Below, piece after piece: positions 44,464 to 55,000 of a stretch of 64,000 bases of DNA. Position 1 is the first letter of the stretch, and the number at the start of each line of letters is the position of its first letter. The notes beneath the pieces were generated by a model, which saw nothing but the letters and a program-made list of their open reading frames with translations, was not told where the DNA came from and did no database searches. The stretch is from an uncultured virus (IMG/VR IMGVR_UViG_3300011693_000001) (taxonomy: Duplodnaviria > Heunggongvirae > Uroviricota > Caudoviricetes), in the IMG/VR virus record IMGVR_UViG_3300011693_000001, positions 186,001 to 250,000 of that record; one strand, 5' to 3'. Made by a program: the position numbers and the translations under genes.

Positions 44464-44621
44464 TAGCGGAGTACCTCTACCAGATCGGCATATTCTTGTA
44501 CTACTTCTTCGTTTAGATAACGGCGTAACACGGGAACAAGGTCTTCCTGTGTTTGCACTCCGTAAGTAGCAGCTAGAGTTATAGAACCTTCAAGCATCAG
44601 GTTCGTTACAAGCCTTGCCAT
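44463..44621 (-). CDS. Small hypothetical protein
   Basis: Probable start MARLVTN within the listed ORF 44463..44792. Confidence 0.5.
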   Translation of the reverse strand: MARLVTNLMLEGSITLAATYGVQTQEDLVPVLRRYLNEEVVQEYADLVEVLR

Positions 44622-44640
44622 TTCTTTTTCGTGAATGACG

Positions 44641-44988
44641 TTAGACTTTGAGTCCACGGTAGGCGAAGTAGAGCGCCCGACCGCGAAGCGACATTGGCGC
44701 GGTGTGAAAATATTCGTAGTACGACCAGAGAGTGTCCTGTGATTGGATTTGCTGGTCGGACATATCTCGGTAGACATGAGCTGAAACCTCACTCGTTACG
44801 TTTTCAATCCACAGCTGACGATGACGGGAGGCTTTAATTTCGGCTTCACATCGAGCTATCAGGACATAAGTGTCTTTGTTCTCACCGAAGTCAAACGAAC
44901 TATCTTGACCAAGAATGTGTTCAGATAGCCATGCTGTTTTCTCAGCATCGGTCATGGCGTCCCAATTATAGGTGAACTCAACAGACAT
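44641..44988 (-). CDS. Hypothetical protein, 115 aa
   Basis: AAGGAG RBS. Confidence 0.7.
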   Translation of the reverse strand: MSVEFTYNWDAMTDAEKTAWLSEHILGQDSSFDFGENKDTYVLIARCEAEIKASRHRQLWIENVTSEVSAHVYRDMSDQQIQSQDTLWSYYEYFHTAPMSLRGRALYFAYRGLKV

Positions 44989-44991
44989 TGT

Positions 44992-45351
44992 TTATACTCC
45001 TTGGAATCTCGACAGAACATTATCCGATGGGAACAATGAATGGAAATCAGCGTCACCTTTTTTCCATTGGGTGAACAACACCTCGTTTATCCGTGTAACC
45101 TCATCACTCGGTACAGTCACGGCAAACGGTTTACCTGAAATAAGAACAACAGGGCTAACCATATACATAGGTTCGACCTTACCATCCTTTATCTGATAAC
45201 TAATCTTCACACCTACGAAGTAGTCATCAATGGCATACAAATAGGTGTGCTGCTTTACCAGCTCATCATACTCGGATTGATCGAGAATAGGTTGATCGCC
45301 GACAGGATCGATGATGGTATTAAAGCGGCGAAATAATTCCGAATAAAGCAT
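44992..45351 (-). CDS. Hypothetical protein, 119 aa
   Basis: AAGG RBS; preceded by CTGTAAAAA (45363-45371). Confidence 0.7.
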   Translation of the reverse strand: MLYSELFRRFNTIIDPVGDQPILDQSEYDELVKQHTYLYAIDDYFVGVKISYQIKDGKVEPMYMVSPVVLISGKPFAVTVPSDEVTRINEVLFTQWKKGDADFHSLFPSDNVLSRFQGV

Positions 45352-45378
45352 TCGTGTATACCTTTTTACAGATTAGGC

Positions 45379-45404
45379 AAAAAGAAAGCGCCCGAAGGCG
45401 CTTT
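45379..45404 (-). terminator. Intrinsic terminator after the portal gene
   Basis: AAAGCGCC-TTCG-GGCGCTTT on minus plus U tract. Confidence 0.85.
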
Positions 45405-45406
45405 AT

Positions 45407-47260
45407 TCATTTAACCAAATGTTTTGTGAACGTGCTATGCGAAAGAGGGGTTTTCTTGGTTCGCGTAATCTCTTTCATTGCTTTCATAATCTTTTTGTTC
45501 GCACGTTCATTTGCCGCCTTCTGATCGATCACCATTCGCTTTTTACCGCTGTGATCAAACTGATAGATTTCAGACTGCTCACCGAAGTCCCTGTTAATAC
45601 CTAACGGTCGGGTACGACCTGTCGCAGAAAGTACAGCGGAAGCACTGGAAGACAAAGATGGCATTTCTTCACCTTCGGCTTGAGCAGGCGCGTACTTGCC
45701 TTTCATTTCATTGTAACGCTTCTGATATTGAAAGACTCGTTCTGCTACAGACAATTCTTCTTCTTGACCGCCGAGCAGCATATCTAGGTTAAAACCACCG
45801 GCGGCAGCGAAAGCTCGCAACGGAACAGGTACACCCTTCTCGGTAAGCGTGCTCAACATATCAAGATAAGTGGAATCACCTTCCGGCTTAAGTTGCTTTG
45901 CCCAATGCACTGTAGGGATCAACAGCTTGGAACCATCATTCATTGTTTGCAGATTCTTAGCCTGATTGTCAGACATAAGATCATCGCGCTTAACCAGCTT
46001 ACCTTTCCGGTTAACCGAAAAACCGTTAACCATACTGATAATCGGGAACAAACGATTATAGAAGAACTTGCGGGTAATGTCATCACGGAAAGCACGCATA
46101 CTGTCAATGAATACGCTCATGCTATTATCAGAGGAAGCGTAGTTCGCATCACCTGACAGGAAGCTCTCACTGATACCCATCGCACGCATCTTAAACTGAC
46201 TGGTGCTATCCCAAATATCAGTTACTTTCCAGAAATCACCGCCTTGTCGAATCTCATCAGCAGACACGCCAGTACGTGTAGTAATGATCGCACCGAGAGG
46301 GTCAGCGTCAGCATTACGGAACAGGTCCGTCATAAAGTTCATATCGTCAATTGTTGGAATCCAATCATCCCCTTCACCGAGGGAAAGATGCAGAATACCA
46401 CGTTGACGCTTAGAGCTTTCTACCAGAGTTCCACGGAACAAATTCTTCTCAATCAACCAAATAGGAAGAACTCGGCGATACCACGAAACTCCTGTACCTG
46501 TTGAGAACGTACGACGCGGAATATAAATCGTCGACATTGGATCAAGTTCAAGACTAGGCTCACTCAACTTAGCTACGACTGATTCTCCGAGCATGTCTCG
46601 AAGCACCTGAGCGCGAGTGGATTCCTTGTTCTGCATCAGCGACCTGATATAATCAGGAAATGCTACAGTGATGATCGGGTCTTGTCCGTAAAACGGAAGC
46701 TCATCGATTTTCGCATTATCAGCAGCGTGAGGCATGATATCTACGAAGTTCTTTGTTTGCTCATTGTAGAGCAAGCTGCCGATGAATTGACCTGTAACTA
46801 AGTGGTCAATGCTGATACTAGGCATCAGGGTACGTGTGTTCAAACGATCACACGCTTCCATGAAAGCATCCATAGCTTTCGGATCAGAGATACCACCTAA
46901 GCTAAAGTCAGAAAACGGGAGCACGGAATACAGGTCAGCTGCGGAACCACAAACAGGATCGTTGTAGTACATATCGCGGTACAAACGCATGACCAGTTTT
47001 TTCTGCTCAAGGTTTTCGCTAAATACGATATCCTTAAGAAGCGGATCGATATCGATTTCGATAGGTAGTTGCCCAACGGAAGTGTTAGGCATACCGGTAT
47101 TCGAAAAGGAATTCGATTCCATCAAACCGCCTTCACCGGAATAAGGAGAGCGGGTGATCTTATTTTCAACGCCCCGTGTACGAGAGTCAACCCCAAGGCT
47201 AGATGTAACTTTGGGCTTGCTCTGCCCTGCGGTGTAAGCTGTACGCTTTAGACTCATCAT
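45407..47260 (-). CDS. Portal protein (probable)
   Basis: 617 aa, downstream of the terminase; LYRDMYYNDPVCGSAADLYS.LP and AMGISESFLSGDANYA resemble portal motifs. Confidence 0.72.
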   Translation of the reverse strand: MMSLKRTAYTAGQSKPKVTSSLGVDSRTRGVENKITRSPYSGEGGLMESNSFSNTGMPNTSVGQLPIEIDIDPLLKDIVFSENLEQKKLVMRLYRDMYYNDPVCGSAADLYSVLPFSDFSLGGISDPKAMDAFMEACDRLNTRTLMPSISIDHLVTGQFIGSLLYNEQTKNFVDIMPHAADNAKIDELPFYGQDPIITVAFPDYIRSLMQNKESTRAQVLRDMLGESVVAKLSEPSLELDPMSTIYIPRRTFSTGTGVSWYRRVLPIWLIEKNLFRGTLVESSKRQRGILHLSLGEGDDWIPTIDDMNFMTDLFRNADADPLGAIITTRTGVSADEIRQGGDFWKVTDIWDSTSQFKMRAMGISESFLSGDANYASSDNSMSVFIDSMRAFRDDITRKFFYNRLFPIISMVNGFSVNRKGKLVKRDDLMSDNQAKNLQTMNDGSKLLIPTVHWAKQLKPEGDSTYLDMLSTLTEKGVPVPLRAFAAAGGFNLDMLLGGQEEELSVAERVFQYQKRYNEMKGKYAPAQAEGEEMPSLSSSASAVLSATGRTRPLGINRDFGEQSEIYQFDHSGKKRMVIDQKAANERANKKIMKAMKEITRTKKTPLSHSTFTKHLVK

Positions 47261-47781
47261 TTGAATTCTTTCACCTTTTTCTGCTTCTTCTGTGTTTTAA
47301 TCATGTAATGGAAGTAGCTGCCTTGCGACTTAGCTTTGGCAATACCATCGGCTTCTTTTTGCGAAACATCGTAGTATGCCCAGCGGTCGCCGGACTTGAA
47401 CTGAATGAACAGAGTCTTCGCAGACGGCTTGTAAGCAATGCGATGCAGATTGCTGGAGTCGGCAAGAATGTTTACAATAGGGGAGTCATCCGGCTCCACA
47501 TGCTTAACATCCAAACCGCCTTCTCCAGCTTCGACTTTGTATCTACCGATTTTTCCAGACCAACCTTTCGAATTGTTCTTTAGGCGTTCGGCATCAAAAT
47601 CATCTAGGCGAATCTTGTATTCAAGAGATTCGGCATCCGTGTATGTCCAGACTTTACTTTTCTTGAGTGCAAACACATCGCCTTTATTAAGCTCGATTGT
47701 TAATTGGCCGAGCTTAATCTCAACCGTACGGCCTTTATATTCATACCACTTGAATAAACGCGGATCGACTTTAGTAACCAT
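47257..47781 (-). CDS. KTSC-domain protein
   Basis: SSNLHRIAY......LFIQFKSG..WAYYDV......A.SQGSYF...IK. Confidence 0.85.
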   Translation of the reverse strand: MVTKVDPRLFKWYEYKGRTVEIKLGQLTIELNKGDVFALKKSKVWTYTDAESLEYKIRLDDFDAERLKNNSKGWSGKIGRYKVEAGEGGLDVKHVEPDDSPIVNILADSSNLHRIAYKPSAKTLFIQFKSGDRWAYYDVSQKEADGIAKAKSQGSYFHYMIKTQKKQKKVKEFK

Positions 47782-47806
47782 AATGGGTTCCTCCTATGGA
47801 AGTAAA

Positions 47807-50800
47807 TTACTTTCCATAGTAGCCCATTGATCTAGCTACACCCAGCGGTGATTGTGAACCTGTGCCGTTACCGGAACCGTGCATTCTCGTACCGCCAGAA
47901 CCTAAACGACCTACTGCGATAGCTCCTGCTGATCTACGCTGATCCTCTACTTCTGGTTGCAATACTTCATCGAACTCTCCGCATACCAATCCGAACATCA
48001 TAATACAGATAGCGCGGAACAAGTCGTCCGTTACGTTGTCACCTTTAAGCACCTGACTACCATTATCTCTAACTGTAGCCATTTGGAACAATGTATGTTC
48101 GACTGGTTTGTTTTCAAAGGCTGATGGATATTCACCTTCAAAACCGATGATTTGATCCATAGTGATTCCTTTCTCTTTTGTGCGAGGAAGAATCACTTTA
48201 CCGCCTTCGATAGCGTTCTTTACATACCAGAGGTCTTTGTACTTGAGCGAGTATTGTTTCTTCATCACGCCAAGTTCTTCAACGGCATCATCAAGTAGTT
48301 TAATCGAGTTCCAACGGTCAGCAAGTAGACCACGACCGTTACGGAAAACAATCATCGGCTTGAGAATTTTCTCGTACATCTTGTTGTAGTTGAGAGGGAA
48401 GCCGGGAATCGGAGCACATTCAACTAAGCTATCGACGACGAAGTAATCACCATCCTTATAACCGGACGCTGCGGCAAAAGAGTTGTTCACGTGACCAGCA
48501 TCGATACCTACTAGCGTAGGACGATTGCTTTCTTTGAACGAAGTAAACTCAGCCCAACGATAAGCAGAGCCGGGATTGGTTCCGTTCTTTTGCTTGTACA
48601 TGATTTCGAATGGGTTACGTTTCTTACCCACCGTACTCATAATGTACTTATGGTTGCCGATAAACGGGTTACTGATCAGTGGCGGATTCGCTCCCCAATC
48701 GCGTTCGGCGGCTAGCGGGTCTTTCTGATAAGCGTCCGTAATAACTTCGGAGTCACGTGGAAACTCAGGGTTAATCTCCCAAGTAGGGCGATGGATGGCT
48801 AGAATGGTACGGCTGTTTTGCCCGAGTCGAGTCAGTTCGCAAATCTTGTCTGATAAAGAAGATGGCGACGATACGTTAAAAGCATAAGCGTTAGGTATGT
48901 TGTCGAAACCCATGCGCAGAGTTTTGTACGCGGCCTGACGGACTGTACCGAGCGAACGGTCGAGGGCATCGTAAATAGCGTGACCAGATACCTTAACTTT
49001 CTTACTATCTTTCTCGCTATCGAACCAACCGATTTCGTCCACAGAGCTAAGCATACGAGTGTTGTGCGAAGTCAAGCAGTTAGCTGTAAAGGCGTGGTGT
49101 TTAGGAACAGTCACGTCGTACACTTTCTTCTTAACGTTTTTACACTTCACAGATACGACACACTCATAGTGAGCGCCAAGTTCAAGAAACTCTCGTAACC
49201 TAGCTGCACGTTCGGAGTTCACCGATTCAAGAACAGGCATCAGCTTGCCCCAATCATCTTCGTAAACAACGTACTCCGAAACTGTAGCATCCCTGGAAGT
49301 TTTTGTTAAGCTACTTCGCAGATGACGAATACAATTCGGTTTAAGAGTATTGAGAATTGTCTCCCCATTCTCACAAACCAATCGGCGCAGACGTTTCCCA
49401 TCCGTATCCTGCATACGTGCATCCTCGTAAAAGTTCCAGAGGAAATTACGCACATGAGGCAGCACACGGCGATCCGAACCAAAACCAGCGGGAACATCAC
49501 GGTAACGATCAGCGTATTTCTGAACCTTGGCTCGTTTAAAGCATTTCAGGAACTGGATTGCATCGGAGCCAGTGATAGATACAGTCCAATGAACGCGACG
49601 TGCATCATACTTACCAGTCTTGCGATTCAGTTTGTCGAACCGTTCTTTACGATCCAAGCGACCGAGAATACCATACACTTGGAACAGAATGATCTGGAGT
49701 TGTGTAGCTAATCGTTTACTCGCACTGCCAATTTCAATTTCAGAGGGCGCGTTGTTACGATTGCCGCCGCCACCATTAGTTCCAGAGTCGCACTCAAAAT
49801 AGGCTTCAAGGAATTCATGGAGTATAGGAGCAGGAGCGGTACGGATAGCAAACGGGATTTCTTTCTTACCTGATTTAACAGCACGGTATCCTACAGGTTC
49901 AAGATGATCGCGCAGGAAATGTAGCATGCCACCTTTTGTACCAGTTGCCAAATAGTGCGTAGTCGCACGGATACCTTCTTCGCCTCCATAACTTGTCGGA
50001 GAATGACCGGTCACTCGTTTGAACACACGATACAAACGTTTGATTACAGCAGGATCGTCGCTACTGATTTCATTACGATATCCGTTAGCTACATGATAGC
50101 CCAGCAGGGTCGCAAGGTCTTTCGACACATCCGACTTACCAAACATCGGTTTGTTATTTGCAGTCTTAGAGACAATCCAATCACCTTCACGAATCTCATC
50201 CAATCGAGTCCAGCGATACTCAAGCTCTGGAGTCAATACCAACATCGGATGTTCTTCTGTACCCTCGATGGTGAAACCATTTCGAGTAGCGAGTTTAATT
50301 GTTGTCGCTTTAGTCTGATATGTGTGGCTAACCTTTACATTACCGACGTGACTATCAATGGTCAGCTTATGTGCAGGTACTTGACCTTTGCGCTTTACAA
50401 GTTCCTTGAACGAGGTGAAACCATGATTGGTATTTACCATCGTACTACCGACCAAGCAACGTCCGCGAAGCGCTCTCTTGTCCGGCCCGGCTGGATAGAT
50501 AAGCAGATTACGCGCACGGTATGCGGTGAAGGTGTCGTTGAATTTCATCAGAGATTCACCTAAGCGATTCTCTGTGTCTTTCAACATAGCATGGTAGCCT
50601 TTGAACCAATTAGATTCAGCTACAGCGTTGTAGTAGTAATCCCATAACGCTTCTTTAGCCTGCGCATAGTTAATCGCAACGAACGTACCAATGAAGGTTG
50701 TGTTATTACTGAGGCCAAACGCAGCAGGAGGCTTTTGTAGTTTCAAGTAACGGTGCATCAAGTACGGCGACAACGTAGTACCTACGGTCAACGACTTACC

Positions 50801-51625
50801 GGCACGCTGTCCTGCTCGAACGGCAAGCTCTTGGTAGAAGTTGATTTCACCATCACGATAAAGTTTCGACTTACGCGCATGACAGGACGGACAAATACCA
50901 TGCTCCAACATGCAAACTTTCTTTTCGAAGGTAGCGTAAGTGTCATTTACTTTGTGGTCATGCAGCAGCCACTCCATATCACTACACTTCGGGCAGAATT
51001 CAGCAAACAGCAGAACTCCCCAAATCAACTGCTCAAGGAATGGCCGATCATTCGTACCGCTAAACTGATCCACTGTGACCCACTCGAACAAATTCTTCGC
51101 TTGTGGAAAAGCGGAGTCATCGATGCGTAGGTCTTTCGGCGCCATATTCCGATGAGCATCTTCGAATGCTTCCAGAATAACCGATTGTAGATTAAGTTCG
51201 TTCTCGACTTCAGCTATGTGCTCTTTCAATTGCTCTTCGACAACGTTAGCATTACTGCTAGAGTTCAGCGAAGTTAGAAAATGCAGAGGATTGTCATAAG
51301 CGTATTCGGGAAGGATGAGAGCATCTTTAAAGGAGACGTCTTTCTTAAACGGTCGTCCTGTGCTATCAAGAATAACGCTATCGCGCGGGATAAGAGCAAC
51401 AGACTTAGATTCCTTGGCATGCAATCCAGATTTAGGTTGCATACCTTTCGGTTTCAAGCCTACGTCTTTAGGTGCGAGTGTTGCCGCTTTTGGTTTCAAC
51501 GAACTCTTCTGTACGGTTGAGTCATCCGTCTTAGCTTTCTTGGAAAGCGCGGCATTGGATTTTGCCTTCTTCGACGATACGGCTTTCTTTTTATCAGCCT
51601 TCGCCACTTTACGGGTTATCTTCAT
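47807..51625 (-). CDS. terL: Terminase large subunit, interrupted by an intein
   Basis: Walker A GQRAGKS, LRGR|T, Walker B VDEIGW, nuclease GIDAG and DDLF. Confidence 0.9.
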   Translation of the reverse strand: MKITRKVAKADKKKAVSSKKAKSNAALSKKAKTDDSTVQKSSLKPKAATLAPKDVGLKPKGMQPKSGLHAKESKSVALIPRDSVILDSTGRPFKKDVSFKDALILPEYAYDNPLHFLTSLNSSSNANVVEEQLKEHIAEVENELNLQSVILEAFEDAHRNMAPKDLRIDDSAFPQAKNLFEWVTVDQFSGTNDRPFLEQLIWGVLLFAEFCPKCSDMEWLLHDHKVNDTYATFEKKVCMLEHGICPSCHARKSKLYRDGEINFYQELAVRAGQRAGKSLTVGTTLSPYLMHRYLKLQKPPAAFGLSNNTTFIGTFVAINYAQAKEALWDYYYNAVAESNWFKGYHAMLKDTENRLGESLMKFNDTFTAYRARNLLIYPAGPDKRALRGRCLVGSTMVNTNHGFTSFKELVKRKGQVPAHKLTIDSHVGNVKVSHTYQTKATTIKLATRNGFTIEGTEEHPMLVLTPELEYRWTRLDEIREGDWIVSKTANNKPMFGKSDVSKDLATLLGYHVANGYRNEISSDDPAVIKRLYRVFKRVTGHSPTSYGGEEGIRATTHYLATGTKGGMLHFLRDHLEPVGYRAVKSGKKEIPFAIRTAPAPILHEFLEAYFECDSGTNGGGGNRNNAPSEIEIGSASKRLATQLQIILFQVYGILGRLDRKERFDKLNRKTGKYDARRVHWTVSITGSDAIQFLKCFKRAKVQKYADRYRDVPAGFGSDRRVLPHVRNFLWNFYEDARMQDTDGKRLRRLVCENGETILNTLKPNCIRHLRSSLTKTSRDATVSEYVVYEDDWGKLMPVLESVNSERAARLREFLELGAHYECVVSVKCKNVKKKVYDVTVPKHHAFTANCLTSHNTRMLSSVDEIGWFDSEKDSKKVKVSGHAIYDALDRSLGTVRQAAYKTLRMGFDNIPNAYAFNVSSPSSLSDKICELTRLGQNSRTILAIHRPTWEINPEFPRDSEVITDAYQKDPLAAERDWGANPPLISNPFIGNHKYIMSTVGKKRNPFEIMYKQKNGTNPGSAYRWAEFTSFKESNRPTLVGIDAGHVNNSFAAASGYKDGDYFVVDSLVECAPIPGFPLNYNKMYEKILKPMIVFRNGRGLLADRWNSIKLLDDAVEELGVMKKQYSLKYKDLWYVKNAIEGGKVILPRTKEKGITMDQIIGFEGEYPSAFENKPVEHTLFQMATVRDNGSQVLKGDNVTDDLFRAICIMMFGLVCGEFDEVLQPEVEDQRRSAGAIAVGRLGSGGTRMHGSGNGTGSQSPLGVARSMGYYGK
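49061..50458 (-). mobile_element. Intein (466 aa) with LAGLIDADG-type domain in TerL
   Basis: Starts CLVGSTMV; block B IEGTEEHP; ends VYDVTV..HHAFTANCLTSHN followed by T. Confidence 0.93.
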
Positions 51626-51638
51626 CTGTTATGCTTTC

Positions 51639-52274
51639 TTAACGCCTGCGTGGTTCAGGTTGCCCTGTAACGTACGGACCTTGAACTTCGCCACTGTTAG
51701 CCATACGCTTAGACACTGCGATTATGTTGTCCATATACTGACGATGCCGCTGAATCTTATCGCCAACACCGAACCTGTTAGGCAAATCAGCTGCAAGTGT
51801 TTGAGCAGCATGCATCATAAATTGCTGCCGTATATTTTCAGGCATGTTCTCGGCGCGGGATGCCAACAAACAAAGCACATCCAACTGTGCCGTTATCTGC
51901 GCAATTGTCTGCACTGAGCTATCATGTTCTACTTCAGTCTCGATAACATCGCGGGCTACAGCTTCTACCTGACCGCTAGCTTTATCGTAAGCTGCTATAT
52001 TAGTCAGGGTTTGCAGCAACGAACCACGCAGCCTATCGGCCGTGCTATCGATGTTTCTTTCCAGCATATTCTCTTCATCATCGCTGAGAGTAAACTCGTT
52101 GATGATATTTATCTGTTGTTCCTTTGCAAGTCGTTCTTGCTCGCGTTCAACGTCGATATAAACAAAAGAACCGGGGGAAGTGACCTTCGCCCCGGTTTGA
52201 AAGAGTTTTCGACTTTTTACGCGCTTTACCTGTCTAATTCGACTAGGAACATTGCGCTTGGTCATCGTCATCAT
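51639..52274 (-). CDS. Hypothetical helical protein, positional candidate for small terminase
   Basis: Immediately upstream of terL; no diagnostic motif. Confidence 0.55.
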   Translation of the reverse strand: MMTMTKRNVPSRIRQVKRVKSRKLFQTGAKVTSPGSFVYIDVEREQERLAKEQQINIINEFTLSDDEENMLERNIDSTADRLRGSLLQTLTNIAAYDKASGQVEAVARDVIETEVEHDSSVQTIAQITAQLDVLCLLASRAENMPENIRQQFMMHAAQTLAADLPNRFGVGDKIQRHRQYMDNIIAVSKRMANSGEVQGPYVTGQPEPRRR

Positions 52275-53577
52275 CGCCTTTCAGATCAGATAGATCATCA
52301 GTCGCGCTATCGTCCATATCTCGAACACGCATAATGTGGAATTGTTCTTCAAGTGAGAAGCTGAACAGTTCACCATCCCGTGCTTTATCCACCACAACAG
52401 GCAGTGTGCGCAAATCACGCTGAGCGGGATCGGTATAGTTCCACTTCCACATCACATCTACGTGCTCTTTCATACCCTTAGCGTAGCGTAGCTTATCGCT
52501 GGTATCATCGAGCTGGGCCAGAACAACTACGAGACATTTTGCTTCGCGGCTATAAATCTTTGCTTCGCGGATGATTGCGTTAAGAACTTGCCACTGGTTA
52601 TCAACATCCACTCCTTCCAGAAGGCCAACATAATCGATTGCCACAATAGGGAAACCGAAAGGTTTGGTCATACGGAAAACATCTTGCGCAGTCATGCCAC
52701 GATCAGGTGACATGGAAACGAACTGGCAATTGTTCTTCTTACCGTGCCGCTTGAACTCCTTGTACGCCTTCTTCACGCGCTTGCGTTCTTGAAGGGTCAT
52801 CTTGTTCATTTTAAGTTTCTTCATCGGTACGCCCGACCAATTTGACAACATACGTGTCAATTCTTGATCGTCGCCCATTTCCAAAGAAACACGGAACACA
52901 CTCTTTTTCAGTGTGCGGAAGAAGTAGCTCAGTAGGTTCAGAAGTACGGTAGATTTACCGCCGGACGTTGTTGCCGCCAGCAGCATGACACCTTCTTCTG
53001 GAATACCGCCGTTAATTTTGTCGTAATCGCGGAAGCCGGAAGGCAGTAGAGGTTCCCGCTCCTTGTTCATCACACGCTCAAACACATCATCGGCATTGTT
53101 GCCTTTACCGATGATCATCATTTGTTGCTCAGCGCCTATGTCTCGGCGAGCGCGTGCAATATCAGTCGATAGCTTATCGAGTTCAGCATCGATATCCTCG
53201 ATAGCATCTTGCGACAGCACTTCATTCGCATGTTCAATCGCACGATACAACGCACGGACTTTACGGTACGAATCAAGGTTGCCGAACAGTCGATCCATCG
53301 ACTTCTTCGACTTACAAGGGTTGGCATCTGCTTCTTTTAACTGATCGCGGAAGTCCTCTTCAAGAGCAGGGTCTTCCATAAGATCATCGAAGTCAACTAG
53401 GTTGAACTTTTTACGAACGATCTTATCGATCCGATTATACGCAGCTTCACATGGAGGCCAGTAGAAGAACTCCTTCGACAAGCGCCCCATGAAAGCTAAA
53501 CGTTTGGCTTCCGAGACTTTTGGATTTGTCAGTGTACGGATACACTTAATTTCAGCGTCTCTGGAATACAACTGCAT
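52243..53577 (-). CDS. dnaB: DnaB-like replicative helicase
   Basis: AATTSGGKS, SLEM, IDYVGL, LAQL, KARDG. Confidence 0.9.
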   Translation of the reverse strand: MQLYSRDAEIKCIRTLTNPKVSEAKRLAFMGRLSKEFFYWPPCEAAYNRIDKIVRKKFNLVDFDDLMEDPALEEDFRDQLKEADANPCKSKKSMDRLFGNLDSYRKVRALYRAIEHANEVLSQDAIEDIDAELDKLSTDIARARRDIGAEQQMMIIGKGNNADDVFERVMNKEREPLLPSGFRDYDKINGGIPEEGVMLLAATTSGGKSTVLLNLLSYFFRTLKKSVFRVSLEMGDDQELTRMLSNWSGVPMKKLKMNKMTLQERKRVKKAYKEFKRHGKKNNCQFVSMSPDRGMTAQDVFRMTKPFGFPIVAIDYVGLLEGVDVDNQWQVLNAIIREAKIYSREAKCLVVVLAQLDDTSDKLRYAKGMKEHVDVMWKWNYTDPAQRDLRTLPVVVDKARDGELFSFSLEEQFHIMRVRDMDDSATDDLSDLKGDDDDDQAQCS

Positions 53578-53580
53578 GGT

Positions 53581-53907
53581 TTAGGCCAACTGTTCTTGCG
53601 GTTGAAAACAACGCGAATAGACATCCCACGCAGCACTCTGCTTAGGGTTTAAGTGAGTCACTTGTCTATCGCGGATCGTAAACGAAGAGATACAGCCGAA
53701 CACATTAAGCAGTGCGGCTAGAGCACCATCAACGTCTTCTGGTGCAGCGAAGAACTTCGTCTGCATCAAAGCTTTCAACTTCTTTACAGTTATGCGCGGG
53801 CTGCTATCTATCTGAGCTTTGACGGTAAGCAACAGATGGCGTTTGTAATCCTCAGTGCAAGGGTTACGAAACATAGCAAAAGCATTATTTTCTAGTGCGG
53901 TATCCAT
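53581..53907 (-). CDS. Hypothetical protein, 108 aa
   Basis: ORF within the operon. Confidence 0.65.
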   Translation of the reverse strand: MDTALENNAFAMFRNPCTEDYKRHLLLTVKAQIDSSPRITVKKLKALMQTKFFAAPEDVDGALAALLNVFGCISSFTIRDRQVTHLNPKQSAAWDVYSRCFQPQEQLA

Positions 53908-53911
53908 TATC

Positions 53912-55000
53912 TTATTTCCCTAGCGCTTTCCCGAGGTGGCTCAAGAAAGCCCTTGATAGTCCGGCATCGATGCCAAGAAAGTCATTCATGCGTGCCATGT
54001 ACTCTGCATTAGGCGCACGATTGTAGTAATCCTCCGAGTCCTCCCCTGCGCGCAAACAACGCTTGCTGCGCAGATACTCAGTAAAAGCAGGATCATCGTG
54101 ACCAGTAACCAGCAACAGGAATGCCTTTCTGTTTGGAGCATCACCGTAACGACGCATTAGCCTGTCGAAGTCCAGTGTCTCAGTTATATCAGAACCATCG
54201 TGACCAAGATCATCGTAGGAAACATCACCCTCTTCACTTTTGATTTGGTTGTTGGAGACGATGACAAGATCGTAATCGTTTCCACCGAAACCATCTTTTG
54301 CTCCTTGCACCAGTCGTCCAGCTTTAGCGCTTGTGCTGGCTTGAATGATATTCACAGCATGATTGTTGATAGCGCGCAGAATGTAGTTCTTTATGTAGGC
54401 AACAGAGACGGGTTGCTTGAGAGGCATGAGAGAGTAAAACACACTCAACGCCTTACAAGCGAGTTCACTGTTCAGATCAGAGAACTCTGTGTTGGTACTG
54501 CTGCTAATAAAGCGCATCCTCTTGTACGTGATGGACTTGATCACCCGAGTAATTGCAGGGTACAACTCACGGAAAACGATAAAGTCAGCATCGCGGCGAA
54601 GGGGAGTAACATCTGAGGGTCGATAACCCTGAGTTTTAATTTGGCTGCGCAAACCTCGCACCATTAACACTTTCTTCAGCATCACCATATCATTGTGGGT
54701 AATGCGGAAGTCTTTCTGCACTCGTGCCAGAACTTCAGGTGTTAGTTTATCCAAGCCTGCTGCAATAAAAGCATACTTGAGATTGACGGAAAAATAACTC
54801 TTAGTGGCGAGAGATAGCCTGTAGTTCTTCGCACTAACGCAGACTCCCTTGAAGTTCCTTTGAAACTTAAAGGCAGTATCCATACCGGCAAGGTAACGGA
54901 AAATGTGAGTGGCGTAAGTCACCGCTTGGGGTGAATTTAACTCGACGCCAAACTCTTCAGTAATGCTTCGACATAGGGTCATGTTGTTCCCCTTAAACAA
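53912..55000 (-). CDS. Putative divergent sigma-factor-like protein
   Basis: EFSDLNSELACKAL..F......YIKNYILRAINNHAVNII resembles sigma-70 region 2. Confidence 0.5.
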   Translation of the reverse strand: MFKGNNMTLCRSITEEFGVELNSPQAVTYATHIFRYLAGMDTAFKFQRNFKGVCVSAKNYRLSLATKSYFSVNLKYAFIAAGLDKLTPEVLARVQKDFRITHNDMVMLKKVLMVRGLRSQIKTQGYRPSDVTPLRRDADFIVFRELYPAITRVIKSITYKRMRFISSSTNTEFSDLNSELACKALSVFYSLMPLKQPVSVAYIKNYILRAINNHAVNIIQASTSAKAGRLVQGAKDGFGGNDYDLVIVSNNQIKSEEGDVSYDDLGHDGSDITETLDFDRLMRRYGDAPNRKAFLLLVTGHDDPAFTEYLRSKRCLRAGEDSEDYYNRAPNAEYMARMNDFLGIDAGLSRAFLSHLGKALGK

